Shown piece by piece: positions 38,472 through 51,389 of a stretch of DNA of 64,000 bases. The DNA is from Mobula hypostoma (lineage: Eukaryota), in the NCBI RefSeq assembly GCF_963921235.1, contig NC_086097.1:204912001-204976000 (forward strand), written 5' to 3'. Each line of letters opens with the position of its first letter. Within the stretch, counting starts at the first letter, position 1. The notes beneath the pieces were generated by a model, which searched no databases, was not told the DNA's origin, and saw only the letters and a list, made by a program, of their open reading frames with translations. The position numbers were made by a program, and so were the translations under genes.

Positions 38472-38824
38472 GTCACACTGGGCCACTTCCTTGCCCCATT
38501 CATGTAATATGTAATGAGCAGGTACACAAATTGGGTGTGATATATATATATAGGGCTTCTTATAATGTCAAACGCTAAACCAAGATGAAATAAATATATG
38601 AATTCCAGAGCTCCACAGAAATATTGTGATAATTAAGACATTAACAGGATTATAGCCTCTCACAACATTTCAGTGTATAACTGGTACAATAAAACATATA
38701 ATACTTAATAATATGACAAAGTATTGCACAGTTGCACTCACTAATTATTATAAAATACAATTATCAGGCAAGTAAAGAAAAAGTTAGTAATCATGTATTT
38801 TACCAATTTAAAAGTAATTACCTA

Positions 38825-39925
38825 CTTACCAAATGCCACCATAATTTTCCAAGAGCATCTTCACTAGCTATATTTTCAACACTTAGAGCAGCAGTGTGAG
38901 CTTTTGATAGTTTGTGATCAACAGTTTTTTCTCTGAGAGACTTCAAGCGTGTACTTCAATCGGCACCATAATAGGATACTTGGTACATCTGCCATTCATT
39001 TGACAGCCTCAAAGCCTTAGAACTAAAAGTGTCAGATTGCTTTTGTTTGCACATACTTAACACCTAAGTTTTTCATCCTTGAAGTCTAACCAGGGATAAG
39101 TTTCCTTCTTTTTCTTCCACATTTCTTCAGTCCAAACATCTAAACAGGGATACAAGCCTGACTTCGAAGGACTATTACTTTCAAAACTGCATTTGGACCC
39201 GGTTAGAAAATTCGAACTAGAAGCAGGTGAAACACAGCTTTTGTCACTTTTACTGTTATCAATCTCTTCTATGTTATTCTTGTTACACTCCTCAGCTTGT
39301 TTACAAAAGAAAGAAGTTAACGTTGTTTGCTTTGAAGCCATAGGTTTGTTAGTGAGAAAAATTTGCTCAAACAACGAGTGCTGGAGAGAGACTGAGGGTC
39401 TGTGAAATGGCGGGAGGCTACAGCAGGGTGTGCTGGGACAGAGCGAGGAGGAATTTCACAAATACCTAAATAAAAAACAGTCACAGCTCCAGGACTTCAC
39501 CAAAAACGATCAAATATTGTGGTAAACCATGCATATATGTTGTAACTAGGTTACCTGTCTGGACACACCCCTCTGCTGACTGCCCCTGTGGCTCCTCCCA
39601 CAGAGTCCTGTATAAAGGTGTTCGCCTTGCCCCTCCCCCTCGGTCCGGGGGCAGACACTCACCATGGAGGTCGTATTGTACAGCGAATAAATCCTTTCGG
39701 TATTTTACCAAACCTCAGTCTTTTGGAGTAATTGAAGGTGCTTCAAATATTCCAATGTTATTAGTGGTACTTTCCCCACCACCTGGCTCTCCCCAACCCC
39801 CGCTTCCGTAAAATCCCCTCTATTTAATATGCGGCAGCTATTAAATTCCCCGCTTGTTTATTTTGATTTTTTTACAGAGGTGCCGGAGCGGTGCTCCGGT
39901 GAGCTCCAGCAGCACCTCACCCCTG
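38825..39925 (-). mobile_element. hAT-like DNA transposon remnant encoding a KIAA1586-like N-terminal zinc-finger region
   Basis: WTEEMWKKKKETYPWLDFKDEKLRC, then (with frameshifts and stops) LSNEWQMY..STRLKSLREK..DHKLSKAH; the putative end reads CAGGGGTGAGG on the minus strand from 39925. No second TIR was found. Confidence 0.6.
39518..39745 (+). mobile_element. Short solo LTR (228 bp)
   Basis: TG...CA termini; 5-bp TSD aatat at 39513-39517 and 39746-39750; TATAAA at 39611 and AATAAA at 39686. Confidence 0.82.
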
Positions 39926-39934
39926 CCGTCCGGC

Positions 39935-40120
39935 ACCGACAATCAAAATCACTTAGATCACATTTCTTCCCCATACCGATGTTTGGTGTGAACAACAAAT
40001 GAACCTCTTCACTATGTCTGCATGTTTTTATGCATTGAGTTGCTGCCACACGTTTGACTGATTAAATATTTGCATTAATGAGCAGGGGTACAGGTGTACC
40101 TTATAAACTGGCCACGCCAT
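39935..40120 (-). mobile_element. Partial Tc1-derived element (family of 3938-4374)
   Basis: MGKKCDLSDFD remnant; decayed TIR gtaccttataaactggccac. Confidence 0.7.
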
Positions 40121-41204
40121 GTATGTTCCCATCATTGAGAGTGAGGGCTTGCAGGGCAAATGGAAGGAAAGGTTATTAAAATTGGATCTGCTGAATATAC
40201 TTGTTCAGTACCAATTTTAAGCTTCATAATAATGCTATTAATCATTGATAACAGCATTATATTTATGAATTAGAAATCCCAAATTTTACCCGTTGTGCAG
40301 AATGTGTTAATGGATGTTATTCTTCTTGAAGAGTTTGCCTCTGATACAAATAAATGCAACTTAGGCTGGAAGATTAATGGAAATGGGTGAAAAGCAATAT
40401 CCTGCTGCAGCAACAGGTGTCAGACATGGAACAAGAAACAGAATAATTCCAGTGTGAAAATTAATCATTTGAATAGGATGTCCAGGTGGCAAATAATTAG
40501 AGCAAAATTTTCAATTAAAGTTGTTTAATAAAGCTGGTATATTAATGGATATCTTGCCAATTCTGTTCTGCACATGTCATCTAAATGCAAAATAAGTTTA
40601 AATAATTAAACTGATGAGAATTATGTTTGGTTTTGACAATTTCAAGTTGTGAAGTCGAATAGCTGATACGTTCTTACTGTACATGTCAAATGATCTTTTG
40701 CTTCTCATGTAATGACAAGAGATTTCCTGTAAATTGTGTGTCACTAAAGCAACTGTGCAGAATAGAAAGTAAAACACCTCCCTTGTAGCTTGAAATAAAT
40801 GGCAGTCAAGAAAGATCACCTATTATTTTTGAGGTACAAAACTGAAGAGCTGTGCTGAGAGGTTGACTAATATTCACTGTTCTCCTGCAGAAAGTGGATG
40901 TGTTATGTGACTTGTAGAAAGTGGATTTATTCTCAATAACAATAACTCAGGTGTTTACTCATGTTGTATCTCCTGAAAGCAACTCTGACAACAAAGCCAC
41001 CCAGTTGATTGGCATTCCATTTATTACCCAGTCCCTGCTCCACTGATGTGCTGTGAGTTCAGCGTGTAGCTTTAGTATAATGTGCCTGCAGCAACTCCCC
41101 ATCCACCAGGAGGACAAGGGTAATGGAGAGAGGCAAACACCACTCTTGCAACCTTTGAATCTTCCTCTCCAAGCCACATGCACTTTGAAATGGATTGTCA
41201 CCAT

Positions 41205-41540
41205 AGAGTCATAGAGAGATGCAGCATAGAAACAGCTACCTCACCTCACCCCACCCAGTCCACACAACCTATTTTATTATTAATCACTTCTTAGATTTCC
41301 CTGTAGTCTCAACAATCACTTGCATGATTCTGTCACTAATCAGGAACAATTTGCAATGGTCATTTTACTAGACAGCCTGCATGCTTTGGGATGGGGAGGA
41401 AACTGGAGCCGCTGGAAGAACTACAAGTAGCCACAAGGGAATCATGCAAAGCCCATATAGACAGCAGCAGAGGTCAGGCTGAACTGCAGATACTGGAGCT
41501 GTGAGAGAGCCATTCTACCCACTGCATCACAGTGCCACCC
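41205..41540 (-). mobile_element. Decayed V-SINE-like element
   Basis: ctttgggatggggaggaaactggag is the reverse V-SINE core; CR1-like tail at the left end. Confidence 0.55.
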
Positions 41541-42485
41541 AAACTGCCCCAGTGCCCTAACGTTCCCTTCTTTAGTGCTGGTTTGTTCATCCCTCAACGC
41601 TTGACTGACTTTGGGTAGAGTATTTACTATCCTGCTCTTCCCCAGCCTAAGATGTAGCAGGCTGATCATGTAGTAACCCCGGCTTAGGAGCTACTGTAAA
41701 CTAGTTCTGTCATGAAAATAGCACAAAAAGTGCTGGAGAAACTCAAGTGAATAGGCAGCATTTATGGAGGCAAATGGGCAATCAACATTTTGGGTCAAAA
41801 TGCTTCATTTATAGACAATTCATTTCCCTCTTAGATGCTGCCTGACCTGCTGAGTTCCTCCAGATTTCTGGGTGTTGCTCCAAAGTCCATCCTACAGACT
41901 CTTTTGCCTCCTATGCTTGAAATGGTTCAAATTTCCTGACCTTAGCCTTGTTTGGTGGGTTGATCTGATATCATATCTATTTTGATCAGATGTCAAAGAT
42001 AACTTCTTTCCTACATCCATACTGTTCCCCTCCTGTCAACCGCTGTTCAACTTCACCCCACAGCTCTCCCGTCTTGAATAGTCCTATGCATTAATTGCAT
42101 GTTTAGAAACTGGAATGGGGCAGCTTTTTGCACTGCTACTTGTGCGTTCATTAGTGGTGAAGAAATAGGTTCGTAATCAGTAATACAAGAAACATTTAAG
42201 AAGGCTTATTATCCTATTTGTACATTTGTGAAGAACAGCCAGTCATCCTTAGAATAAATGAAAATGATAGGAAATGATCCAAATTGTGATCTATCAGTTT
42301 TCGATTACCTTCTCAAAACCCTTGGTGGGAGTCAGCTGGATGATTGTCATGTCATCTTATGCCAACACGCAATTACTGATGATACTCCTAGCTACCTGCA
42401 ATATGCAAGCAAACACTGCCAGAATCATGGCAGTTAAAGTGGGAACAGCACAATCTGATTGCAGCTGTAAATGTCTCCTTAACAC

Positions 42486-45400
42486 CTTCTTTATAGGGCC
42501 TCTGCCCCTTCCCTCTACATCCCCCCACCTTCTTTATAGGGCCTCTGCCCCTTCCCTCTACATCCCCCCACCTTCTTTATAGGGCCTCTGCCCCTTCCCT
42601 CTACATCCCCCCACCTTCTTTATAGGGCCTCTGCCCCTTCCCTCTACATCCCCCCACCTTCTTTATAGGGCCTCTGCCCCTTCCCTCTACATCCCCCCAC
42701 CTTCTTTATAGGGCCTCTGCCCCTTCCCTCTACATCCCCCCACCTTCTTTATAGGGCCTCTGCCCCTTCCCTCTACATCCCCCCACCTTCTTTATAGGGC
42801 CTCTGCCCCTTCCCTCTACATCCCGCCACCTTCTTTATAGGGCCTCTGCCCCTTCCCTCTACATCCCCCCACCTTCTTCATAGGGCCTCTGCCCCTTCCC
42901 TCTACATCCCCCCACCTTCTTTATAGGGCCTCTGCCCCTTCCCTCTACATCCCCCCACCTTCTTCATAGGGCCTCTGCCCCTTCCCTCTACATCCCCCCA
43001 CCTTCTTTATAGGGCCTCTGCCCCTTCCCTCTACATCCCCCCACCTTCTTCATAGGGCCTCTGCCCCTTCCCTCTACATCCCCCCACCTTCTTTATAGGG
43101 CCTCTGCCCCTTCCCTCTACATCCCCCCACCTTCTTTATAGGGCCTCTGCCCCTTCCCTCTACATCCCCCCACCTTCTTTATAGGGCCTCTGCCCCTTCC
43201 CTCTACATCCCCCCACCTTCTTTATAGGGCCTCTGCCCCTTCCCTCTACATCCCCCCACCTTCTTTATAGGGCCTCTGCCCCTTCCCTCTACATCCCCCC
43301 ACCTTCTTTATAGGGCCTCTGCCCCTTCCCTCTACATCCCCCCACCTTCTTTATAGGGCCTCTGCCCCTTCCCTCTACATCCCCCCACCTTCTTTATAGG
43401 GCCTCTGCCCCTTCCCTCTACATCCCCCCACCTTCTTTATAGGGCCTCTGCCCCTTCCCTCTACATCCCCCCACCTTCTTTATAGGGCCTCTGCCCCTTC
43501 CCTCTACATCCCCCCACCTTCTTTATAGGGCCTCTGCCCCTTCCCTCTACATCCCCCCACCTTCTTTATAGGGCCTCTGCCCCTTCCCTCTACATCCCCC
43601 CACCTTCTTTATAGGGCCTCTGCCCCTTCCCTCTACATCCCCCCACCTTCTTTATAGGGCCTCTGCCCCTTCCCTCTACATCCCCCCACCTTCTTTATAG
43701 GGCCTCTGCCCCTTCCCTCTACATCCCCCCACCTTCTTTATAGGGCCTCTGCCCCTTCCCTCTACATCCCCCCACCTTCTTTATAGGGCCTCTGCCCCTT
43801 CCCTCTACATCCCCCCACCTTCTTTATAGGGCCTCTGCCCCTTCCCTCTACATCCCCCCACCTTCTTTATAGGGCCTCTGCCCCTTCCCTCTACATCCCC
43901 CCACCTTCTTTATAGGGCCTCTGCCCCTTCCCTCTACATCCCCCCACCTTCTTTATAGGGCCTCTGCCCCTTCCCTCTACATCTGCCCACCTTCTTTATA
44001 GGGCCTCTGCCCCTTCCCTCTACATCCCCCCACCTTCTTTATAGGGCCTCTGCCCCTTCCCTCTACATCCCCCCACCTTCTTTATAGGGCCTCTGCCCCT
44101 TCCCTCTACATCCCCCCACCTTCTTTATAGGGCCTCTGCCCCTTCCCTCTACATCTGCCCACCTTCTTTATAGGGCCTCTGCCCCTTCCCTCTACATCCC
44201 CCCACCTTCTTTATAGGGCCTCTGCCCCTTCCCTCTACATCCCCCCACCTTCTTTATAGGGCCTCTGCCCCTTCCCTCTACATCCCCCCACCTTCTTTAT
44301 AGGGCCTCTGCCCCTTCCCTCTACATCCCCCCACCTTCTTTATAGGGCCTCTGCCCCTTCCCTCTACATCCCCCCACCTTCTTTATAGGGCCTCTGCCCC
44401 TTCCCTCTACATCTGCCCACCTTCTTTATAGGGCCTCTGCCCCTTCCCTCTACATCCCCCCACCTTCTTTATAGGGCCTCTGCCCCTTCCCTCTACATCT
44501 GCCCACCTTCTTTATAGGGCCTCTGCCCCTTCCCTCTACATCCCCCCACCTTCTTTATAGGGCCTCTGCCCCTTCCCTCTACATCCCCCCACCTTCTTTA
44601 TAGGGCCTCTGCCCCTTCCCTCTACATCCCCCCACCTTCTTTATAGGGCCTCTGCCCCTTCCCTCTACATCCCCCCACCTTCTTTATAGGGCCTCTGCCC
44701 CTTCCCTCTACATCCCCCCACCTTCTTTAATAGGGCCTCTGCCCCTTCCCTCTACATCTGCCCACCTTCTTTATAGGGCCTCTGCCCCTTCCCTCTACAT
44801 CTGCCCACCTTCTTTATAGGGCCTCTGCCCCTTCCCTCTACATCCCCCCACCTTCTTTATAGGGCCTCTGCCCCTTCCCTCTACATCCCCCCACCTTCTT
44901 TATAGGGCCTCTGCCCCTTCCCTCTACATCTGCCCACCTTCTTTATAGGGCCTCTGCCCCTTCCCTCTACATCCCCCCACCTTCTTTATAGGGCCTCTGC
45001 CCCTTTCCTCTACATCCCCCCACCTTCTTTATAGGGCCTCTGCCCCTTCCCTCTACATCTGCCCACCTTCTTTATAGGGCCTCTGCCCCTTCCCTCTACA
45101 TCCCCCCACCTTCTTTATAGGGCCTCTGCCCCTTCCCTCTACATCCCCCCACCTTCTTTATAGGGCCTCTGCCCCTTCCCTCTACATCCCCCCACCTTCT
45201 TTATAGGGCCTCTGCCCCTTCCCTCTACATCCCCCCACCTTCTTTATAGGGCCTCTGCCCCTTCCCTCTACATCCCCCCACCTTCTTTATAGGGCCTCTG
45301 CCCCTTCCCTCTACATCTGCCCACCTTCTTTATAGGGCCTCTGCCCCTTCCCTCTACATCCCCCCACCTTCTTTATAGGGCCTCTGCCCCTTCCCTCTAC

Positions 45401-46432
45401 ATCCCCCCACCTTCTTTATAGGGCCTCTGCCCCTTCCCTCTACATCTGCCCACCTTCTTTATAGGGCCTCTGCCCCTTCCCTCTACATCCCCCCACCTTC
45501 TTTATAGGGCCTCTGCCCCTTCCCTCTACATCCCCCCACCTTCTTTATAGGGCCTCTGCCCCTTCCCTCTACATCTGCCCACCTTCTTTATAGGGCCTCT
45601 GCCCCTTCCCTCTACATCCCCCCACCTTCTTTATAGGGCCTCTGCCCCTTCCCTCTACATCCCCCCACCTTCTTTATAGGGCCTCTGCCCCTTCCCTCTA
45701 CATCTGCCCACCTTCTTTATAGGGCCTCTGCCCCTTCCCTCTACATCCCCCCACCTTCTTTATAGGGCCTCTGCCCCTTCCCTCTACATCCCCCCACCTT
45801 CTTTATAGGGCCTCTGCCCCTTCCCTCTACATCCCCCCACCTTCTTTATAGGGCCTCTGCCCCTTCCCTCTACATCCCCCCACCTTCTTTATAGGGCCTC
45901 TGCCCCTTCCCTCTACATCCCCCCATCTTCTTTATAGGGCTTCTGCCCCTTCCCTCTACATCCCCCCACCTTCTTTATAGGGCCTCTGCCCCTTCCCTCT
46001 ACATCCGCCCACCTTCTTTATAGGGCCTCTGCCCCTTCCCTCTACATCCCCCCACCTTCTTTATAGGGCCTCTGCCCCTTCCCTCTACATCCCCCCACCT
46101 TCTTTATAGGGCCTCTGCCCCTTCCCTCTACATCTGCCCACCTTCTTTATAGGGCCTCTGCCCCTTCCCTCTACATCCCCCCACCTTCTTTATAGGGCCT
46201 CTGCCCCTTCCCTCTACATCCCCCCACCTTCTTTATAGGGCCTCTGCCCCTTCCCTCTACATCCCCCCACCTTCTTTATAGGGCCTCTGCCCCTTCCCTC
46301 TACATCCCCCCACCTTCTTTATAGGGCCTCTGCCCCTTCCCTCTACATCCCCCCACCTTCTTTATAGGGCCTCTGCCCCTTCACTCTATATCTGCCCACC
46401 TTCTTTATAGGGCTTCTGCGCCTTCTCTCTAC
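42486..46432. repeat. Homogeneous 43-bp tandem array (~92 copies): CCTTCTTTATAGGGCCTCTGCCCCTTCCCTCTACATCCCCCCA
   Basis: Period of 43 measured directly (ttatagg at 42491 and 42534); few variants; no spacers. Confidence 0.97.
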
Positions 46433-46468
46433 AGTCCTGATGAAGGGTTCCGGCCCGAAACGTCGACC
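46433..46468 (+). ncRNA. Minimal type I hammerhead ribozyme motif (intact core)
   Basis: agtc-CTGATGA-a-gggt(tccg)gccc-GAAA-CG-TC-gac. Confidence 0.78.
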
Positions 46469-46559
46469 GATCTTTTCCACAGATGCTGCCCGACATGCTG
46501 AGTTCCCCCAGCATGTTGTGAGTGTTACTTTGACCCCAGCATCTGCAGATTATTTTGTT
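46433..46559 (+). mobile_element. Penelope pseudo-LTR 3' end directly following the 43-bp array
   Basis: HHR followed by agatgctgcccgacatgctgagttcccccagca..ccagcatctgcaga, as in the other PLE ends. Confidence 0.85.
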
Positions 46560-47664
46560 CTTAACACTTTGAACAGCATCAGACATATTCCCAGACAGTT
46601 ATGAAGGTTAGGATCACATTGCTACAATTATTTTCTACTCTGTCCCAATATGCAGACAATTTTCTATTGATTCATTTACAGTACATTATCAAATCAGGCA
46701 CACCTGTATTTTGCTTTGTTAGTCTTCAGCTAATTTCAGTCTTTATTTAAGGAAGGGTAAATCTGAAATTAAAAATCTGGATAATTATATTTCAAAGTTT
46801 TCTTAATAAACCAATGATGTAATATATTCCTGCAAAGTATTACTACATCAATCTCTGCATCCATTTTCTCTACTGTTGCGCAGTGTGATGGCAGTTTACA
46901 TTGCTATGATTATTGTGTGATGGCAGTTTACGTTGCTATGATTATTGTATTACTGTAATCTTGTTACGTTCTGAATTCCAATTTTTTTTCAAAAGTAAAA
47001 CATTGGCTTTGAAGTTTTCTGAAGACATGACTGATGCAGTATCAATGCCCATCTTCTCACCTGCAAAGTGAGTTGCTGCAAATATTCTCCTTGGAACATG
47101 CACCTGAGAATGACAAGAGCAGCAATGTCCTGACATACCACTATGTCTAGATTCTATTGTTCATCACCTTGGCAAATACATGCATCACTGCAGAATCACA
47201 ATGTTGGCATTAACTGCAATGTTGGCATTGGGAACACACACTTTCATTTCTTTCTTTTTCCTTTGTATTTGAACTGCTTGTTGTCTTTTGTACATTTGCT
47301 GTTTATCTGTCCTGTTGGATGTGCTCTTCCATTGATCCTGTTATGTTTCTTGGATTTTCTGTGTATGCTTGTAAGAAAATGTATCTCAGGGTTGTATATG
47401 GTGACATATATCTACTTGGATAACACATTTACTTTGAACAATCAACACAAGGAATGTAGTGCTATGAAGAGCAGATCTATCATTAGAGTTAATTTGGATT
47501 GTATCACTCAAGATCCAAAAACTAATCATAAGGAGTGGTTTAGTTATCCATAACATCAATACTACAAGTGTAAAATCTGCCAGTGCTTCACATATGTGAA
47601 CATATGAAGCTATTGTGCATCCTTTGTATAAAATCTGTAAAAGGTGCTGCTGGCTAATTTGAGC

Positions 47665-47980
47665 AACAGAATCTGAATCATGATATCTGATATATGGTTT
47701 GAAATTTGTTGTTTTGCAGCCAGCAGTGCAATGCAATACATACAAATTACTGTAAGTTACAATAAGAAATGGTAAATAAATAAATAGTGCAAAAAGAGAG
47801 TAGAATGGTGAGATAGCATTCGGAAGTCTGATGTTGCAGAGGAAGAAATTGTTCCTAAAACACTGAGTGTGCATCAAGCTCCTTTATCCTCCTCCCTGCT
47901 AGCAGGAATGAAAAAGAGGGCATATCCTGGTTGGTCAGGGTGCATAATGAATGGATGCTGCCTTTTTGAGGCATTGTCAA
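47665..47980 (-). mobile_element. Decayed Rex1/Babar 3' fragment
   Basis: HTQCFRNNFF motif and an (attctg)-like tail. Confidence 0.6.
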
Positions 47981-50659
47981 GTCATATATTGCTGTAAGAG
48001 GAATTCCTTCTCCTGAAGACAAAAGAATGGTTATCTATCAATCAGGGAAGAAGGAAGAGAGTAAAATTCAATAAAAACCCATTGACGCGTATCTGTGATT
48101 TAACAAAAACAATTTATGACATGTCGTGTATCATGGATCTGTAACCCTGAAAGGAGTTTGTCAGTTGCTGTGGAATTGTTCTTGTGAAGGCATTGGAAAA
48201 ACTGGAGTGTAAATGTGATTTATCATTGTGATTTGATAATTTTGGGGTACCGAAATTATACTATAAATGTAACAAATGTGAAATGCATCGAACTTGAGAT
48301 GATGCTGTGTAAATTGCTTATGTATGAATGAATAACCTGTTTCCATTGACCCACATTTCAATAAGGGCGTCTTCACTGAAACAAATCATTGCATTCTGAC
48401 CTTGAGAACTTGTATTCTCACACTATGACTTTAGAAGTCTGGTGTTATTTAAGACTACATTAAAATGACCACTTTTATCTAAAATAGGGAACAGAAATTT
48501 AGCAGGTGCTCTTGGATTTGATGATATGACAGACATAAATAAAGGATATATCAATTAAAGTAATTGAGGAGAGTAATTTTAACCTCCATGATTGGGTAGG
48601 ATGGATTAAGAGGTACTGTACAATCAGATGAACATTTGATGGTTTGCACTGGAACAAAAGGCATTCTAGTTGTCAATTTTTTGGTTAAAATAGATGGAAG
48701 TGATTCTGCATTTCCTGATGATGAGTCTTGGTTTGAAATAGCAATTGTCTATTTTCCTCTGTAGATGCTACCTGACCTGAGTTCCTCCAACATTTTGTGT
48801 GCGTTGTTGTGCTGACATCTTAGTCTAGCCATATTTAGTATGATACAGCATCTGATAAAGGGACTGAAGTGCCATTAGAAATGGTTACCATAAAGTAGCC
48901 CTTTAGAGAGGCAGTATGACGCTTTCTTACTTGTGCTCAACTTACTATTCTTTCTCCAAATGAAAATTAGCTTTTTGGGGATTAAAATATCACTGCTGTA
49001 GATTTTGAATAGTACTTGAAAAAGTGTCTCTTGCAGTTAACTCACTGTTGCATATTCAAACAGGACTTTTTGATGATCGTTTATGAAACACCCACTCAAG
49101 ACACTTATTAACATTTTTGAAAATTATCGGAGGACTTTACCTTAAAAATAATAAGTGTTGCACTATTTTACCTTTTCAGTCTCCTTTACAGAAAACACAA
49201 GGGGACCTTAGGGAAAGGGTGTCCTTTGCCATGAGCATCCATCTAGAGGTTAGATCTGAACCGCACAAGGAATGGAGAAGGTCGTGAGATCAGGCAGTGC
49301 AACACCAGCTGCTGCCAGATAGTGGCAGTGAAGCAATGGGTGGGCAAGGTGGACCCTTCTTGACAAATGTTTAATGTCTGCTCCCTCCAGTTGAGACTTG
49401 GAGAATGCAGGTTATGGAAATCTGGAATTTGGCTCTGAGTTGTCTGCTGAAACCTGACTGATATCTATTTTCACTTTGCAGCTAGCAGCTCCCAGTGACG
49501 TTAGGATTGTGACTGGAATGAATAAAGATTGGCTGGCAGTTGTTTGTACAATTAAGGGATGAAGGTGGTATAGGGCAATATATGCATACAATATTTAAGG
49601 CCTTGAGCATTCAGCTCTCAGAAGACTTTGAAAGGCTGATGTTGCCATGTCTAGTGGAAGGCACCTACTTCCTCCAAAAAGATGACCAGCCACCTACCCC
49701 TCATGAAGCTAAAAATGATACTTACAGGCCATGACGATACCTAACAGTATGAGCAGCTAGTCCTTGCTGTTTTTGCTGGTTTTCAGACATCGCCACAGAT
49801 CAGTGGCACAGGTGGCTGAATGGAATTTGTTGGATCCTAATGACTCCAGGATACAATAGTATGATACATCTGTCATGGACCTGAAGCTTGGTGGTTTGGT
49901 CCTTATTTTTCTGTCTCCTAAAGATATAACTGCTATAAATTCCAGGCCATCCAGAAAACATTACCGCAGGTCTATCTTGAACCCATGGTATGTCAGCTCT
50001 ACATTTCCCAATGGATAATTCTTTCTTCTAATGGTATTTTGAGTTCATAAGTTATTTACTAAATTTTGAAAGTTTTTTCTATGTATTTTAAACTTTAAAA
50101 AGTCTACTACATTGTTGTGCCTATTAAATTTAACTATCATAGCAATGAAGACACTAAACATTAATGTGTCAATGAAAATTTAATAAATCAAATTCAAGCC
50201 ATCCCCATCTATATTATGACAGCTGCAATGGGGTGCATACATGTAGGGAGATGCAGCAGTTAATTTTTTTATTATTTGGGCATGAAAACATGATTGACCG
50301 GAGATCAATTTGGCACTTAGTGAAGTCAGTTTACATGTAATGCCAGGGAGCACAAACTTGTCCTATTTCCTAAGCTGAGTTTGAATTGGAGCTTCAGAGG
50401 TAAAGGGTAAGGAATAAAGTAAATGTTTGGTTATATTCACTAAATATGCACCTTGTACTCTTGGCACCAGTTAGTGAGGTACAAGGATGAAGTAGTTAGT
50501 TATCAGTCAGAAATAATTTGGTTTTGCCTCTTACCTAATTTAGAAATTTCTGGTTTGAAATAATCCATTAAGAATTGCATACACAAGTTCAGAAGAGATC
50601 ACACCAACTTTTCAAATTAAAGTAAGACACTAAGGGATTGCTGACTGGAAAGGAAATGA

Positions 50660-50980
50660 ATTATATTTAGGGAGGTTTCTTCCGGTGGATGGGGACTCCA
50701 GAACCAGGGATCACAGGCTCAGGTTATAGGTATACTATTCAGAACCAAGATCAAGAGACATTTCTTCACCTAGGCAGTGGTAAACCTGTGGAATTTTCTA
50801 TCACATATGCAGTGGAGACCAATTCATTCATTACATTATAATAGTAGATCTCTTAATGCTAAAGGAATGAGAGGATACATGGTAAAAGCGGGTACAATGT
50901 AGCAAAGTAGATGATCAGGCATGATTGTATTTAATCGTGGAGAAGGCCCAATGGGTTTTATGGCCTACTTCTCCTCATAC
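50660..50980 (+). mobile_element. Decayed CR1 3' end
   Basis: ggggactccagaaccagg..ttcttcacc..tggcctacttct, similar to 27310-27610. Confidence 0.65.
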
Positions 50981-51389
50981 TTTCAGTGACTATGAATTTA
51001 TGTTACTTTCTAATAGGAAATCCTTCATAGTTTCCTGACTACAATGAAAGTGAGATGAGAAATGTGAAAAGTATCACCTTGGATGAGCAGTACATTGTAT
51101 TAAAGTACTCTTCAACCGGTATTTTGTCAGCAGTAATCACTTGGCTTTGTATGTGGACCTGTGATGGACTCGGTTGTTAGGAAAGTAAGCTCCATGCAGT
51201 GGATTAGAATGACAAGTCTTAGTGTTTACCTCATCTTATAACATTTTATGTGCCTTTCACCATTGTGCTGATTACTTTTAAAATCAACCTCAAAATTGTA
51301 TTAAATTCAAAAAAGATGTTTTTTTAGTTGGAATATTCATGCTAGATGATCTTGGATCCACAGGAGATGTATTGTTAGTGGCCTTCAAG

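Noticed and set aside
42486..46432. CRISPR array or repetitive coding region
   Set aside because: There are no unique spacers or cas genes and the context is eukaryotic. The unit length is not a multiple of 3 and contains stops on both strands.
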